NCBI RefSeq assembly: GCF_029504745.1
Contig: NZ_JAQFIQ010000005.1
Coordinates: 39,278 to 71,277, forward strand
Direction of reading: 5' to 3'
Origin: Breznakia sp. PF5-3
GTDB lineage: Bacteria; Bacillota_I; Bacilli_A; Erysipelotrichales; Erysipelotrichaceae
DNA: 32,000 nucleotides
The notes under the pieces were generated by a model. It saw only the letters and a list, made by a program, of their open reading frames with translations. It was not told the origin of the DNA and did not search any database. Shown piece after piece: positions 1 to 9,123 of the stretch; the stretch's first letter is position 1, and every line of letters starts with the position of its first letter. Made by a program: the position numbers and the translations under genes.

Positions 1-225
1 TGTAATCGCACAAGGTAGGATCATGTCGCCACTAATCTCCATGTCACAAGTAACAAAGTCACTTTGTACATCATAGCGAAGTGTACCTTTTACATTCACA
101 TTTTCAAGGTCACGTAAGTGGTGATTTTTATTAAATACCTCTTTGGCAAAACTGATATCTTCATCAAAAGATATAGGTTCCTTATGCAAATTTAGTATCT
201 CATTTTTTGACCATTTCAAGATCAT
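1..225 (-). CDS. YceD/DUF177 family protein, N-terminal part (gene runs off the left edge)
   Basis: Not in the ORF track because it is edge-truncated. Reverse translation from 225 gives MIL-KWSKNEILNLHKEPISFDEDISFAKEVF...VNVKGTLRYDVQSDFVTCDMEISGDMILPCAIT. This resembles DUF177 N-termini (MKWS..., PxxFDE, V.G.l...C..cL) from memory. GAGGTG abuts ATG 225, so TTG at 219 (6-nt spacing, giving MKWS) is the likelier start. Confidence 0.6.
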   Translation of the reverse strand, partial: MILKWSKNEILNLHKEPISFDEDISFAKEVFNKNHHLRDLENVNVKGTLRYDVQSDFVTCDMEISGDMILPCAIT

Positions 226-246
226 CACCTCATTGCCTGCCTATTC

Positions 247-275
247 ATTATATTGAAAAAGTAGGGCAAAGTCAA
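247..275 (-). promoter_or_regulatory. Sigma-A type promoter for the yceD-like gene
   Basis: The minus strand reads TTGACT (275..270), a 17-nt spacer, then TATAAT (252..247). It lies about 20 nt upstream of the GAGGTG RBS. Confidence 0.55.
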
Positions 276-291
276 CAAAGAATCAATGAAA

Positions 292-1206
292 TTAATCCCA
301 AAGTGGTACAGGGTATTTTCCATCATCTATCAATCTTTTTATTCCAGCTTTGACAATTGGTTTGTCTTCTTGATAAGTAACTCCATACCATTTATCTTCA
401 CTTGATAAAACCGTTACTTCAATTTGGTTATCACGTAACATTTTTCCAACTTCTTTAGGAATATAGAATTCTGACTTCAATTGGTTCTTAGGAACTTCAT
501 TTTCAAAAAACTTAACGAAGTCTTCTTTCATATACTGAATGAAGGAAGGTTTGAATCCCCACATGTTCATCGATACCAAACGGTTTTCTTCCAAAGGCAA
601 CCATGTCATACCTTCATCTTTGCTATATTCAATTCCTTTTGGATGTTTTTCAATTCGTGTAAGTTCATCGACATTCGTAAGCTTGCCATCCTTCACCGTA
701 CATACTCCACGAGCAACACTTCCATTCTCACTCACTGTATTCGCTAAAATATAACCAACCATTGCATAATGATCACCAATCGCATCTGATACTAAGAAAT
801 CATGCAATTTCTCAAACCCTTCACGCCCATAGTAATCATCCGCATTAATAACTGCGAATGGTGAGTCAATTACACCTTCACAACACAATAGGGCATGGCC
901 TGTTCCCCAAGGCTTCTCTCTTCCTTCTGGAATTTCAAATCCTTGTGGAATGCTGTTATCAATTTCTTGATAAACATATTTCACATTCACTTGTTTACTT
1001 ATTTTATCTCCTATTGCAGATTTGAAATCTGCTTCTATTGCTTTTTTTATTATGAAAATAACTTCATTAAATCCAGCTTGAATAGCATCATAAACACTAA
1101 GTTCAAGAATCACTTCACCATTTGGTCCGATCTTGTCAATCTGCTTTAATCCCCCATAGCGACTTCCCATACCAGCAGCCAAAACTACTAAACTTGTTTT
1201 TTTCAT
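292..1206 (-). CDS. Sugar-phosphate nucleotidyltransferase family protein (NTP_transferase fold)
   Basis: 304-aa ORF. N-terminal LAAGMGSRYGGLKQ resembles the G-x-G-[ST]-R nucleotide-binding loop. KPWGTGHA and INADDYYG motifs are typical of sugar-1-P nucleotidylyltransferases. RBS AGAGAGGT lies 7 nt before the ATG. Substrate is not assignable. Confidence 0.75.
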   Translation of the reverse strand: MKKTSLVVLAAGMGSRYGGLKQIDKIGPNGEVILELSVYDAIQAGFNEVIFIIKKAIEADFKSAIGDKISKQVNVKYVYQEIDNSIPQGFEIPEGREKPWGTGHALLCCEGVIDSPFAVINADDYYGREGFEKLHDFLVSDAIGDHYAMVGYILANTVSENGSVARGVCTVKDGKLTNVDELTRIEKHPKGIEYSKDEGMTWLPLEENRLVSMNMWGFKPSFIQYMKEDFVKFFENEVPKNQLKSEFYIPKEVGKMLRDNQIEVTVLSSEDKWYGVTYQEDKPIVKAGIKRLIDDGKYPVPLWD

Positions 1207-1266
1207 CTTTTTACCTCTCTTTCACTATTCTAGCATAAACTTATTTTTATTTAAATCCATTTGAAG

Positions 1267-1272
1267 TATAAT
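1267..1272 (+). promoter_or_regulatory. Candidate -10 box (TATAAT) 6 nt upstream of the tmcAL ATG
   Basis: TATAAT at 1267..1272, then gaagac, then ATG at 1279. No SD is present. The -35 is weak (TTTTTA at 17 nt). Confidence 0.3.
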
Positions 1273-1278
1273 GAAGAC

Positions 1279-2388
1279 ATGAAAACTCATTTTAAAGTAG
1301 CGGGCATCGTATGTGAATACAATCCATTTCATAATGGACATATGCTGCATATTCAAAAAACAAGAGCAATAACAGGTGCTGATATCTTGATTTGTGTCAT
1401 GAGTGGAAACTTTGTACAGCGTGGAGAACCCGCTATCACAAATAAGTGGGAGCGAGCAAAGGTAGCGATTGAGCATGGTGTAGATATCGTTGTAGAATTA
1501 CCTTTTATTTATGCTACCCAAAGTGCAAACATGTTTGCCAAAGGAGCTATTGATATCTTAAAACTTGCTAATATTGATGCTTTGGTATTTGGTAGTGAAT
1601 CTAACAATCTTGATATTTTAAAAAAACTTTTAACCATCAAAGATGATATCAGTGAATTAAAACAAGCAGGAATATCCAGTGCAAAAGCTTATGAACAACT
1701 TTATGGCGATTTAAATCCTAATGATATTTTAGGTTTGAATTATTTAAAACATTTAAAGGACACTGAAATAGAAGCCCATACAATTCAAAGAACCACAAAT
1801 TATCATGATACATCATTAAAAGGGAAAATAAGTAGTGCGACAGCTATTCGTGAAAGTATTTTTGCCCAACAAGATTACACATTGGCTACACCTATGCATA
1901 ATCTAAGTGATACTTTTCAAATGCAATATTATTATCCATATATCAAAACCCTATTGTTGACGAGTGATCAAAAACATCTATCTCAACTATTTTTGATGGA
2001 TGAAGGAATTGAAAACAATTTAATCAAACATTGCAAACTCGCAGACTCTTATGAAGATTTCTTAATATCTTGTACATCAAAACGTTATACAAAGGCAAGT
2101 ATCCAACGAACTTTGACCCATTTGATGAACCAAACCAAAAAAGCCGATGTAAATAATCTTCCTGAAGTAGATTATTTACGCATCTTAGCTTTTAATAAGC
2201 GAGGACAGGCTTATCTTAACCATATAAAAGAAGAGGTTAAGATTGCATCAAAATATAGTCAGATTCCTTCTCCCTATCGAGAAATGGAACTAAAAGCCAC
2301 TCAAGTATACAGTTATCCAACAACCATTGAAGAACAAAAAATGATGGTCAAACAAGAATTGCAACCACCACTTTTTATTGAAGATTAA
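1279..2388 (+). CDS. tmcAL: tRNA(Met) cytidine acetate ligase (TmcAL / YlbM, UPF0348 family)
   Basis: The N-terminus MKTHFKVAGIVCEYNPFHNGHMLHIQKTRAITGADILICVMSGNFVQRGEPA is collinear with B. subtilis YlbM/TmcAL (EYNPFHNGH ... MSGNFxQRGEPA) from memory. I prefer ATG 1279 over the track's TTG 1261. Confidence 0.8.
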   Translation: MKTHFKVAGIVCEYNPFHNGHMLHIQKTRAITGADILICVMSGNFVQRGEPAITNKWERAKVAIEHGVDIVVELPFIYATQSANMFAKGAIDILKLANIDALVFGSESNNLDILKKLLTIKDDISELKQAGISSAKAYEQLYGDLNPNDILGLNYLKHLKDTEIEAHTIQRTTNYHDTSLKGKISSATAIRESIFAQQDYTLATPMHNLSDTFQMQYYYPYIKTLLLTSDQKHLSQLFLMDEGIENNLIKHCKLADSYEDFLISCTSKRYTKASIQRTLTHLMNQTKKADVNNLPEVDYLRILAFNKRGQAYLNHIKEEVKIASKYSQIPSPYREMELKATQVYSYPTTIEEQKMMVKQELQPPLFIED

Positions 2389-2431
2389 AGATTATAAAAT
2401 ACCATTCTTCAATTGCCTTATTTATTTTCAA

Positions 2432-2468
2432 AAACTGGAACCTTGTTTAGGTATCCAGTTTCTTTTTT
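2432..2468 (+). terminator. Rho-independent terminator after tmcAL
   Basis: Stem AAACTGGA (2432..2439) pairs with TCCAGTTT (2454..2461), followed by CTTTTTTAT. Confidence 0.55.
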
Positions 2469-2958
2469 ATACTAAATCGTATCGATATAATGCTGTTAAA
2501 TATCCTTTTCCTAAATCAACGATTTCTTCTAGAATAAAATCATTTCGCTCATAATACGCCCGCAGTTTATCTTTGTGTGCTCGAACATCTAGTTTTACAC
2601 AAGGCATACCTGCCTTACGTCCAAGTTCTTTAAACTGATCTAAAATATAGTTTGATACACCTTGTCCCTTCACTTTATCCAAAACCATAACCTTATGGAT
2701 ATAAAGAGCTTCATGAGGTTTATCATGTAGCCAATAGGTTGGGTCGTAGTCAATTACACAAAAACATCCAACAGGATCATCATCTTGATATACAAGATAG
2801 AAATTTTCCACCACATACTCATTTTGTAAAGTTTTCCAAAGCACTTCTTCTTTTTCCCATTGCACCAATCCTTTTTTTGAAAGTTCATCTACCTTTTGTA
2901 ACAATAGACTTTCAATCAATTGGCAATCCTTTGGGGTTGCTTGTCTCATAGATAACAT
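2467..2958 (-). CDS. GNAT family N-acetyltransferase
   Basis: 163 aa. Has the typical GNAT core (HKVMVLDKVKGQGVSNYILDQF, i.e. a Q/RxxGxG/A acetyl-CoA loop) and the usual size. The start is ambiguous (ATG 2958 or 2949) and neither has an SD. Confidence 0.8.
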   Translation of the reverse strand: MLSMRQATPKDCQLIESLLLQKVDELSKKGLVQWEKEEVLWKTLQNEYVVENFYLVYQDDDPVGCFCVIDYDPTYWLHDKPHEALYIHKVMVLDKVKGQGVSNYILDQFKELGRKAGMPCVKLDVRAHKDKLRAYYERNDFILEEIVDLGKGYLTALYRYDLV

Positions 2959-2965
2959 AGGTAGT

Positions 2966-2992
2966 AAAAAATACTCTTATTAAGAGTATTTT
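2966..2992 (-). terminator. Rho-independent terminator after the yebC-family gene
   Basis: The minus strand reads AAAATACTCTT-aat-AAGAGTATTTT followed by TTTAC. It overlaps the stop codon at 2991..2993. Confidence 0.55.
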
Positions 2993-3713
2993 ATAATCCT
3001 TCCACATTGTGATATACATTTTGTACATCATCAACATCATCTAATAGATCTAATAAGCGTTGAAACAACATTTTATCATCTCCATCTAGTGTTACATATT
3101 CATTTGGTAACATCGTTAGTTCCAATACATCAAATGTAACATCTGGAATCAACTTATCAATTTCCTCTTTAGCCTTATATAAGTCCTGTGGTGAAGTAGT
3201 AATTGACATGTGTTCATCTTCTACTTCAATCTCTTTCACATCCACATCAGCCATTAACAAAGTTTCTAGCATTGTATCTTCATCTGTATAAGGAATTACA
3301 ATCTGTCCAACACTTTCATAGTTGAATGACACTGAACCACTAACTCCCATTTTTGCTTTCGCCTTATTAAAAGCACCTCTTAAATCAGCAATGGTACGGT
3401 TTGGATTATCTGTTAAACACTCGATAACAACCGTGGCAACTCCACCGCTACCGAAACCTTCATAAGTAGAACTTTGATAATTTTCACCAGTTCCACCCTT
3501 TGCTTTTTCAATTGCTCTTTTTATAACATCTGCTGGTACCTGATTTGCTTTTGCACGCTCGATTGTCTTCTTCAAGTTTGCATTCATCTCTGGATCAGGT
3601 TCACCGTTTTTCGCAGCTACATATATTTCTTTTCCATATCTTGAATATACTTTTGTTTTTGCTGCTGCTGTTTTTGCCATACTGGCTTTACGTACTTCAA
3701 ATGCACGTCCCAT
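2991..3713 (-). CDS. YebC/PmpR family DNA-binding transcriptional regulator (YeeN-like type)
   Basis: MGRAFEVRKASMAKTAAAKTKVYSRYGKEIYVAAKNGEPDPEMNANLKKTIERAKANQVPADVIKRAIEKAKG is a near-canonical YebC-family N-terminus. I start at MGRAFE (ATG 3713, GGTGA 5 nt upstream) rather than the track's 3725. Confidence 0.9.
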   Translation of the reverse strand: MGRAFEVRKASMAKTAAAKTKVYSRYGKEIYVAAKNGEPDPEMNANLKKTIERAKANQVPADVIKRAIEKAKGGTGENYQSSTYEGFGSGGVATVVIECLTDNPNRTIADLRGAFNKAKAKMGVSGSVSFNYESVGQIVIPYTDEDTMLETLLMADVDVKEIEVEDEHMSITTSPQDLYKAKEEIDKLIPDVTFDVLELTMLPNEYVTLDGDDKMLFQRLLDLLDDVDDVQNVYHNVEGL

Positions 3714-3825
3714 AATTATCACCATCCAAATTTACTTGTTTATTATATCAAAGAATAAAACATCCGACAATGCTATTCATCAAAGTAAGAAAGAAACCAC
3801 ACTAAATTTCTAATGTATAGAGAAT

Positions 3826-3852
3826 TAAAAAAACATAGGAAACTCCTATGTT
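3826..3852 (-). terminator. Rho-independent terminator after nagA
   Basis: Perfect 9-bp stem AACATAGGA / TCCTATGTT (3832..3852) with a 3-nt loop. On the minus strand it is followed by TTTTTTT. Confidence 0.65.
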
Positions 3853-5031
3853 TTATCTTTTATATACACATTTTCCAGATACATAAGTTTGTTGATTTTG
3901 ATAATTTTTATCCATAATACAAATATCTGCATCTTTTCCTACTTCCAACGTTCCCTTTAACGTATCTATCTTAATAACCTTTGATGGATTTATACAAGCC
4001 ATCTGAACAATTTCGTTTACTGTACACCCAGTAATCTCTGCCATAGTACGAATAACATAGTCTAATCCCACAGCTGAACCTGCTCTGCGTCCTGTTTCAA
4101 TCACAGTTACACTATAGCCATCTTTTATACAATTTTTACCACTAAAATAAAATTCTCCATCAGGCATTCCTTTTCCCAACATCGCATCAGTAATAAGAAC
4201 AATCTTTTCAGCTCCTTTATTCAAATACGTCATCAACACTACTTCTGGATCTACATGAAATCCATCAGCAATAAGTTCCACATATGCATCTTTATTAATA
4301 AAAGCTGATGTTACCACTCCTGGAGTACGATGAAGATGCTGGCTCATTGCATTATAAAGATGCGTAAACCCAACGGCCCCATGTTTGATTGCTGCTGTTG
4401 TTGTTTTACTATCTGCAGCACTATGACCAATCATCATTGCGATATTATGCTTTGCTCCATACTCAATAAACTCCATCATTCCATCCAATTCTGGAGCAAT
4501 TGTCATCTGTCTAATCCGATTGTCAGATGCACTTATCATTTCATCCAATTCTTTTATTGAAGGAGCACGCAAGTGCTCTTCAATCATAACGGCTTTATAT
4601 TCTCTACTTAAATAAGGACCTTCCCCATGAACACCTAAGAAGTGTGCACCATTTCCATCATCTTCAATTGTTGCATACATTTTTAGCGTCTCAACTATCT
4701 CTTCTTGTGATACCGCTGTAAGAGAAGCTAAAAAGCCTGTACATCCATCTTCCACTAAATTATGTGCAATCTTATGTATATCATCTTTCGTAGCATCGAT
4801 AAAATCACTACCTACACCACCATGCATATGAATATCAATTAAACCCGGCATAATATAGTTTCCCTTAACATCTTCAAATACAACGTCGTGGTCTTGTTGA
4901 TATATTTGGAATTTAGGATCATTGGCAGCTAACACTTCAATAATCTTATCTCCCTCAATTAATACACCACCTTGTTCCAAACTTGTATGCCCATCAACTA
5001 CAACAATTCCATTATACAAAAGTGTTTTCAT
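3853..5031 (-). CDS. nagA: N-acetylglucosamine-6-phosphate deacetylase
   Basis: 392 aa. Has the amidohydrolase metal motif GLIDIHMHGGVGSDF, the later GHSAA and THLYNAM motifs, and NagA length. RBS AGGAGG lies 7 nt before the ATG, only 11 nt after the uvrC stop. Confidence 0.85.
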   Translation of the reverse strand: MKTLLYNGIVVVDGHTSLEQGGVLIEGDKIIEVLAANDPKFQIYQQDHDVVFEDVKGNYIMPGLIDIHMHGGVGSDFIDATKDDIHKIAHNLVEDGCTGFLASLTAVSQEEIVETLKMYATIEDDGNGAHFLGVHGEGPYLSREYKAVMIEEHLRAPSIKELDEMISASDNRIRQMTIAPELDGMMEFIEYGAKHNIAMMIGHSAADSKTTTAAIKHGAVGFTHLYNAMSQHLHRTPGVVTSAFINKDAYVELIADGFHVDPEVVLMTYLNKGAEKIVLITDAMLGKGMPDGEFYFSGKNCIKDGYSVTVIETGRRAGSAVGLDYVIRTMAEITGCTVNEIVQMACINPSKVIKIDTLKGTLEVGKDADICIMDKNYQNQQTYVSGKCVYKR

Positions 5032-5042
5032 ATTTTTTCCTC

Positions 5043-6803
5043 CTATGTCTCATCATGATGAATCACTTCATATACATTTTTTGCGACCGCTTCTGGAACG
5101 ATCTGTGATATTTCTTCTATCGTTGCCTGTTTTAAACGTTTCATACTTCGAAAATGATTCCATAGCTTATTCTTACGAACTTTTCCCAATCCACTAACTT
5201 CATCTAAAATTGATTTTGTTTGTGCTTTAGAACGTAGTTTCTTATGATAAGTAATTGCAAATCTATGCACTTCATCTTGCATCTGTGTTAATAAAAAGAA
5301 AAGTGGACTATCTCTACGAATGGGAATAATATCTCCATTTCGATCCATTAAATTATTTGTACGATGTCGATCATCTTTTACCAAGCCACATAATAAGATA
5401 TCAATTTCAAGAGCATCTAAGATTTCTTTCACTGCATTAATCTGTTGTAAACCACCATCTACAATTAATAAATCATTTTGTACTTGTTGTTCTTTTAAAA
5501 GTCGAAGATAACGACGGTATACAACTTCTTTCATGGAATCTACATCTGAAATATAAGTATCCAATTTATAAATACGATAATCTTTCTTAGATGGTAAACC
5601 ATCTTTAAACACAACCATTCCTGATACATTAAACGCTCCACTAATGTGTGAGTTATCATAGATTTCAATAGAATGAATTGGTTTATGAAAAATATCAGAT
5701 AATTCTTTAAGGGCAAGGATGCGATTATTATCCTTACGTTTTACTAATTCAAATTTATCTTCATGGGCTTTTTTAGCATTTCCTTTGACCATTTCCATTA
5801 AACGTAATTTTTCACCTCGTTGTGGTTTCATTACTTTTGTATCTAAATAATCACCAAGATCTGTGTGAATATCTTTTGGTATTAATAATTCCTGTGGTAA
5901 AGGATTTTTACTATAATATTGCATAATAAAAGATACAAATGCATCTTCTATTTCCTCATAAATTGGCGTAATAGATAAAGCACGTTCTAAGATTTTACCA
6001 TTACGCAAAAAGAATCCTTGAATACATAAATACCCCTTATCATAATAGTAATTAAATACATCTCGATCTTTTCTATCTTTAAATTGTACATGCTGATTCA
6101 TTGCTACATGGTGAATCGATTCAATCAATTCATGCAATTCTTGCGCTCTTTCAAAATCCAACTTATCACTAGCTGCATGCATTTGTTCTTCTAATTGTTG
6201 AACAATGGCCTTTGTGTCACCACGTAAAAACCTTTTGATATCATTTGCCATCTTTTCATAAATCGCAGGATCAATATCATTGATACAAGGTGCTAAACAT
6301 TGACCTAAATGATAATACAAACATGCTCGCTTAGGCATGTGTTTACATTTTCTCAATGGATAAATTTTATTTAATAAATCTTTGGTTTGATGAGCTGCTC
6401 GTGCATCAGGAAAAGGTCCAAAATAATATGCTTTTTTATCTGTAAGTTTTCTTGTAACAGTTAACACTGGTGCTTTATCTGTAGTTAATTTTATATATGG
6501 ATAACTTTTATCATCCATGAACATAATATTATATTTTGGTGAATGCTTTTTAATTAAATTAATTTCCAACAACAAAGCTTCTTTTTCACTATCACAAACA
6601 ATATATTCAAAATCATCAATATTGCTTACTAATTTTGTTGTTTTATAATCATGGGCACCACGAAAATAAGAACGCACCCGACTATTTAAACGAACTGCTT
6701 TCCCTACATAAATAATCTCTTGATTCTTATCTTTCATCAAATAACAACCTGGCTTTGCTGGAAGCAAGGCCAATTTGTCTTCGATTTTTTCCATGTTAGC
6801 CAT
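5043..6803 (-). CDS. uvrC: Excinuclease ABC subunit C
   Basis: GIY-YIG N-terminus (PGCYLMKDKNQEIIYVGKAVRLNSRVRSYF), a UVR domain, an Endo-V-like domain and a C-terminal HhH (GLGKVRKNKLWNHF). I prefer ATG 6803 (AAAGGTGG 5 nt upstream) to the track's GTG 6812. It overlaps the mutS2 stop by 8 nt. Confidence 0.95.
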   Translation of the reverse strand: MANMEKIEDKLALLPAKPGCYLMKDKNQEIIYVGKAVRLNSRVRSYFRGAHDYKTTKLVSNIDDFEYIVCDSEKEALLLEINLIKKHSPKYNIMFMDDKSYPYIKLTTDKAPVLTVTRKLTDKKAYYFGPFPDARAAHQTKDLLNKIYPLRKCKHMPKRACLYYHLGQCLAPCINDIDPAIYEKMANDIKRFLRGDTKAIVQQLEEQMHAASDKLDFERAQELHELIESIHHVAMNQHVQFKDRKDRDVFNYYYDKGYLCIQGFFLRNGKILERALSITPIYEEIEDAFVSFIMQYYSKNPLPQELLIPKDIHTDLGDYLDTKVMKPQRGEKLRLMEMVKGNAKKAHEDKFELVKRKDNNRILALKELSDIFHKPIHSIEIYDNSHISGAFNVSGMVVFKDGLPSKKDYRIYKLDTYISDVDSMKEVVYRRYLRLLKEQQVQNDLLIVDGGLQQINAVKEILDALEIDILLCGLVKDDRHRTNNLMDRNGDIIPIRRDSPLFFLLTQMQDEVHRFAITYHKKLRSKAQTKSILDEVSGLGKVRKNKLWNHFRSMKRLKQATIEEISQIVPEAVAKNVYEVIHHDET

Positions 6804-9111
6804 CTTTACCACCTTTTAACGTTACTACAGTTGCTCCTAACCCTCCTTCAAACTCACCACCTAAGCGGAAAGTTTTGACATATTTTTGCTTCTTCAACAT
6901 CTCATGAATGGCACTACGAAGCGCTCCTGTACCACTACCATGGATAATCGTTACTGTATACATTTTATGATACAGCGCATTATCCAAATATTTTTCAACT
7001 ACTGGCAAGGCTTCACTCACTCGCATTCCAATAACATTACATTCCATTTTAGGACGTGCTACAGAAGATGAAGAAGAGACACTAGCTACCTTTTTCTTCA
7101 CTGGGCGGTGAGTATGTGTTAAATCACTTACTTTTACATTCATACGCATACCATTTGTTGAGATAGTTGCTTTATTGCCTTTCAATGAAATTATTTCTCC
7201 TTGATATTGTAAGCCTTTTACTTTCACATAATCATGCAGAGCAAACGTCTCCACCACTTCTGGCAATGGATCCTCTTTCATAGTTTCAGTTTTTAATTTA
7301 CTAACTGCCTCAATAATCTCATGCTCTTTTACCTGTTTCATAGAACGCAACTCATCAATTACCGATTTTGCTTGTTCCTTGGCATCATCAATTACTTGTT
7401 CTGCTTTTGCATATGCTTCTTTTAATAATTTATCTTGCGTTTCTTGTTGCTTTGCTTGGGTACTTATTAAGTTTTGTTTTTCTTTTTCTAACTGCTCTTG
7501 TTGATTTTTTAAAAGTGTTTGTTGATCCAGCAATTCCATACGATCTTTTTCAAGTTTTTCAATCAACCGCTCCTGATCCGAATAGCTTGCTTCTCTTAAT
7601 TTATAAGCATATTCTAAAATCTCATCTTTGATGTGATATCTTTTCGCAATCTCCAAAGCATTGGAATTTCCACTAAACCCACTCATATATTTGTAAGTAG
7701 GAGTCATCGTATCCAAATTAAAACCTACACTTGACATTAATATTTCATCTTGAGTTTTCGCATATTCTTTTACTTTTGAATAATGGGTTGTCGCAACACT
7801 CATAATTTTATGTTCACGCAAATATTCTAAAATTGCGATTGCTAAGCATTCCCCTTCACTCGGGTCCGTTCCTGAACCAAGTTCATCTAATAATACTAAA
7901 GAACGAGAACTTGCTTTATTTAAAATCGTAGATAGTCTTGATAAGTGTGCAGAAAAGGTAGATAACGATTCCAAAATTGATTGAAAATCTCCAACATCCA
8001 CAAACACATCATCAAAAAGAGGAACGATTGCTTCCTCGCAAGGAATTGGCAAACCGCTCATTGTCATAATTGTAAACAAACCAATCGTTTTCAATGTAAC
8101 CGTTTTTCCACCTGTGTTTGATCCACTAATTAATAAATGTCGATTTGGTGGTGCTATTTCATATGTATTTGATACTACTTTCTCTTCTTCTATCAAAGGA
8201 TGGCGTGCATCTTTAAAATACAACCGTGTTCCCTTTTCATTCAATTCACTATAGACTGCACCTAATTTATCTGCCCATTTAGCTTGAGCAAATAACGTAT
8301 CTAATAAGGTATAAGTATCTAGATTAGCTGCCAACTCATCCACATGAGGCATAATTAATAAGCATAGCTCTTTTAAAATTCGTTCAATTTCATTCTTCTC
8401 ATTTGCTCGTAATGATTGCAAGCGATTATTTAATATCAAAAGCGCTTCAGGCTCAATATACACAGCCTGTCCAGATGCACTTTCATCATGAATAAACCCT
8501 TTAATTTTATGTTTATCACTACTCTTTACCAACAAAGTTGTTCGATTGTTACGTGTAGCTGTAATGTTTTCCATTAAAATACTACTATATTTGCTCATTA
8601 TCTCACTTGTCTTCTTGGTGATTTCTTGTTCGCAATGATGAATGTTACGACGGATATCTGCTAATGCTGGCGTAGCATCATCACGCACTTCATAGTTGGC
8701 GTTGATTTTCTTTTCAATCGCTACCTGAATAGCTGTATGGTCACTTAAAGAAGCTATTAAATCTTTAATGATCTCTGCTTCAATTTCAATCCTTTTTTTA
8801 TAATTCTTCATATGTTGATAAGCACCCATAAAGCTTGCAATATCAAAAAGTTCTTTGGTACTTACAATTTTACCTTTTCCAACATCTTTGAAAGTATTGT
8901 AAAAATCATGAATACCTGCAAAAATTGGTGACTCATGATGTTTATATAATTTTAACGCCTGCTTTCCTCTTTCTAAATCGCGTTGCGCGATTAAATAATC
9001 AAAGACTGGCTGTTTCTCTTGTATCGCTTTTTTTGATAGTGAAAATGAGCAATGTTTAACAATTGCTTCTTTTACTACCTCAAAATCTAATCCTTCGTAT
9101 TGTTCTATCAT
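6796..9111 (-). CDS. mutS2: Endonuclease MutS2 (MutS domain + C-terminal Smr)
   Basis: 771 aa. Walker A GSNTGGKT, the MutS ATPase signature LVLLDELGSGTDPSEG, a long coiled coil, and a C-terminal Smr domain (IIHGSGTGALRSAIHEML). Confidence 0.95.
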   Translation of the reverse strand: MIEQYEGLDFEVVKEAIVKHCSFSLSKKAIQEKQPVFDYLIAQRDLERGKQALKLYKHHESPIFAGIHDFYNTFKDVGKGKIVSTKELFDIASFMGAYQHMKNYKKRIEIEAEIIKDLIASLSDHTAIQVAIEKKINANYEVRDDATPALADIRRNIHHCEQEITKKTSEIMSKYSSILMENITATRNNRTTLLVKSSDKHKIKGFIHDESASGQAVYIEPEALLILNNRLQSLRANEKNEIERILKELCLLIMPHVDELAANLDTYTLLDTLFAQAKWADKLGAVYSELNEKGTRLYFKDARHPLIEEEKVVSNTYEIAPPNRHLLISGSNTGGKTVTLKTIGLFTIMTMSGLPIPCEEAIVPLFDDVFVDVGDFQSILESLSTFSAHLSRLSTILNKASSRSLVLLDELGSGTDPSEGECLAIAILEYLREHKIMSVATTHYSKVKEYAKTQDEILMSSVGFNLDTMTPTYKYMSGFSGNSNALEIAKRYHIKDEILEYAYKLREASYSDQERLIEKLEKDRMELLDQQTLLKNQQEQLEKEKQNLISTQAKQQETQDKLLKEAYAKAEQVIDDAKEQAKSVIDELRSMKQVKEHEIIEAVSKLKTETMKEDPLPEVVETFALHDYVKVKGLQYQGEIISLKGNKATISTNGMRMNVKVSDLTHTHRPVKKKVASVSSSSSVARPKMECNVIGMRVSEALPVVEKYLDNALYHKMYTVTIIHGSGTGALRSAIHEMLKKQKYVKTFRLGGEFEGGLGATVVTLKGGKDG

Positions 9112-9123
9112 ATATTCTCCAAA

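Noticed and set aside
481-1476. Short ORFs 481..747, 539..754, 895..1149 (+) and 1225..1476 (-) overlapping the nucleotidyltransferase and tmcAL genes
   Set aside because: They are antisense or out-of-frame shadows of genes with clear family motifs, and they have no RBS.
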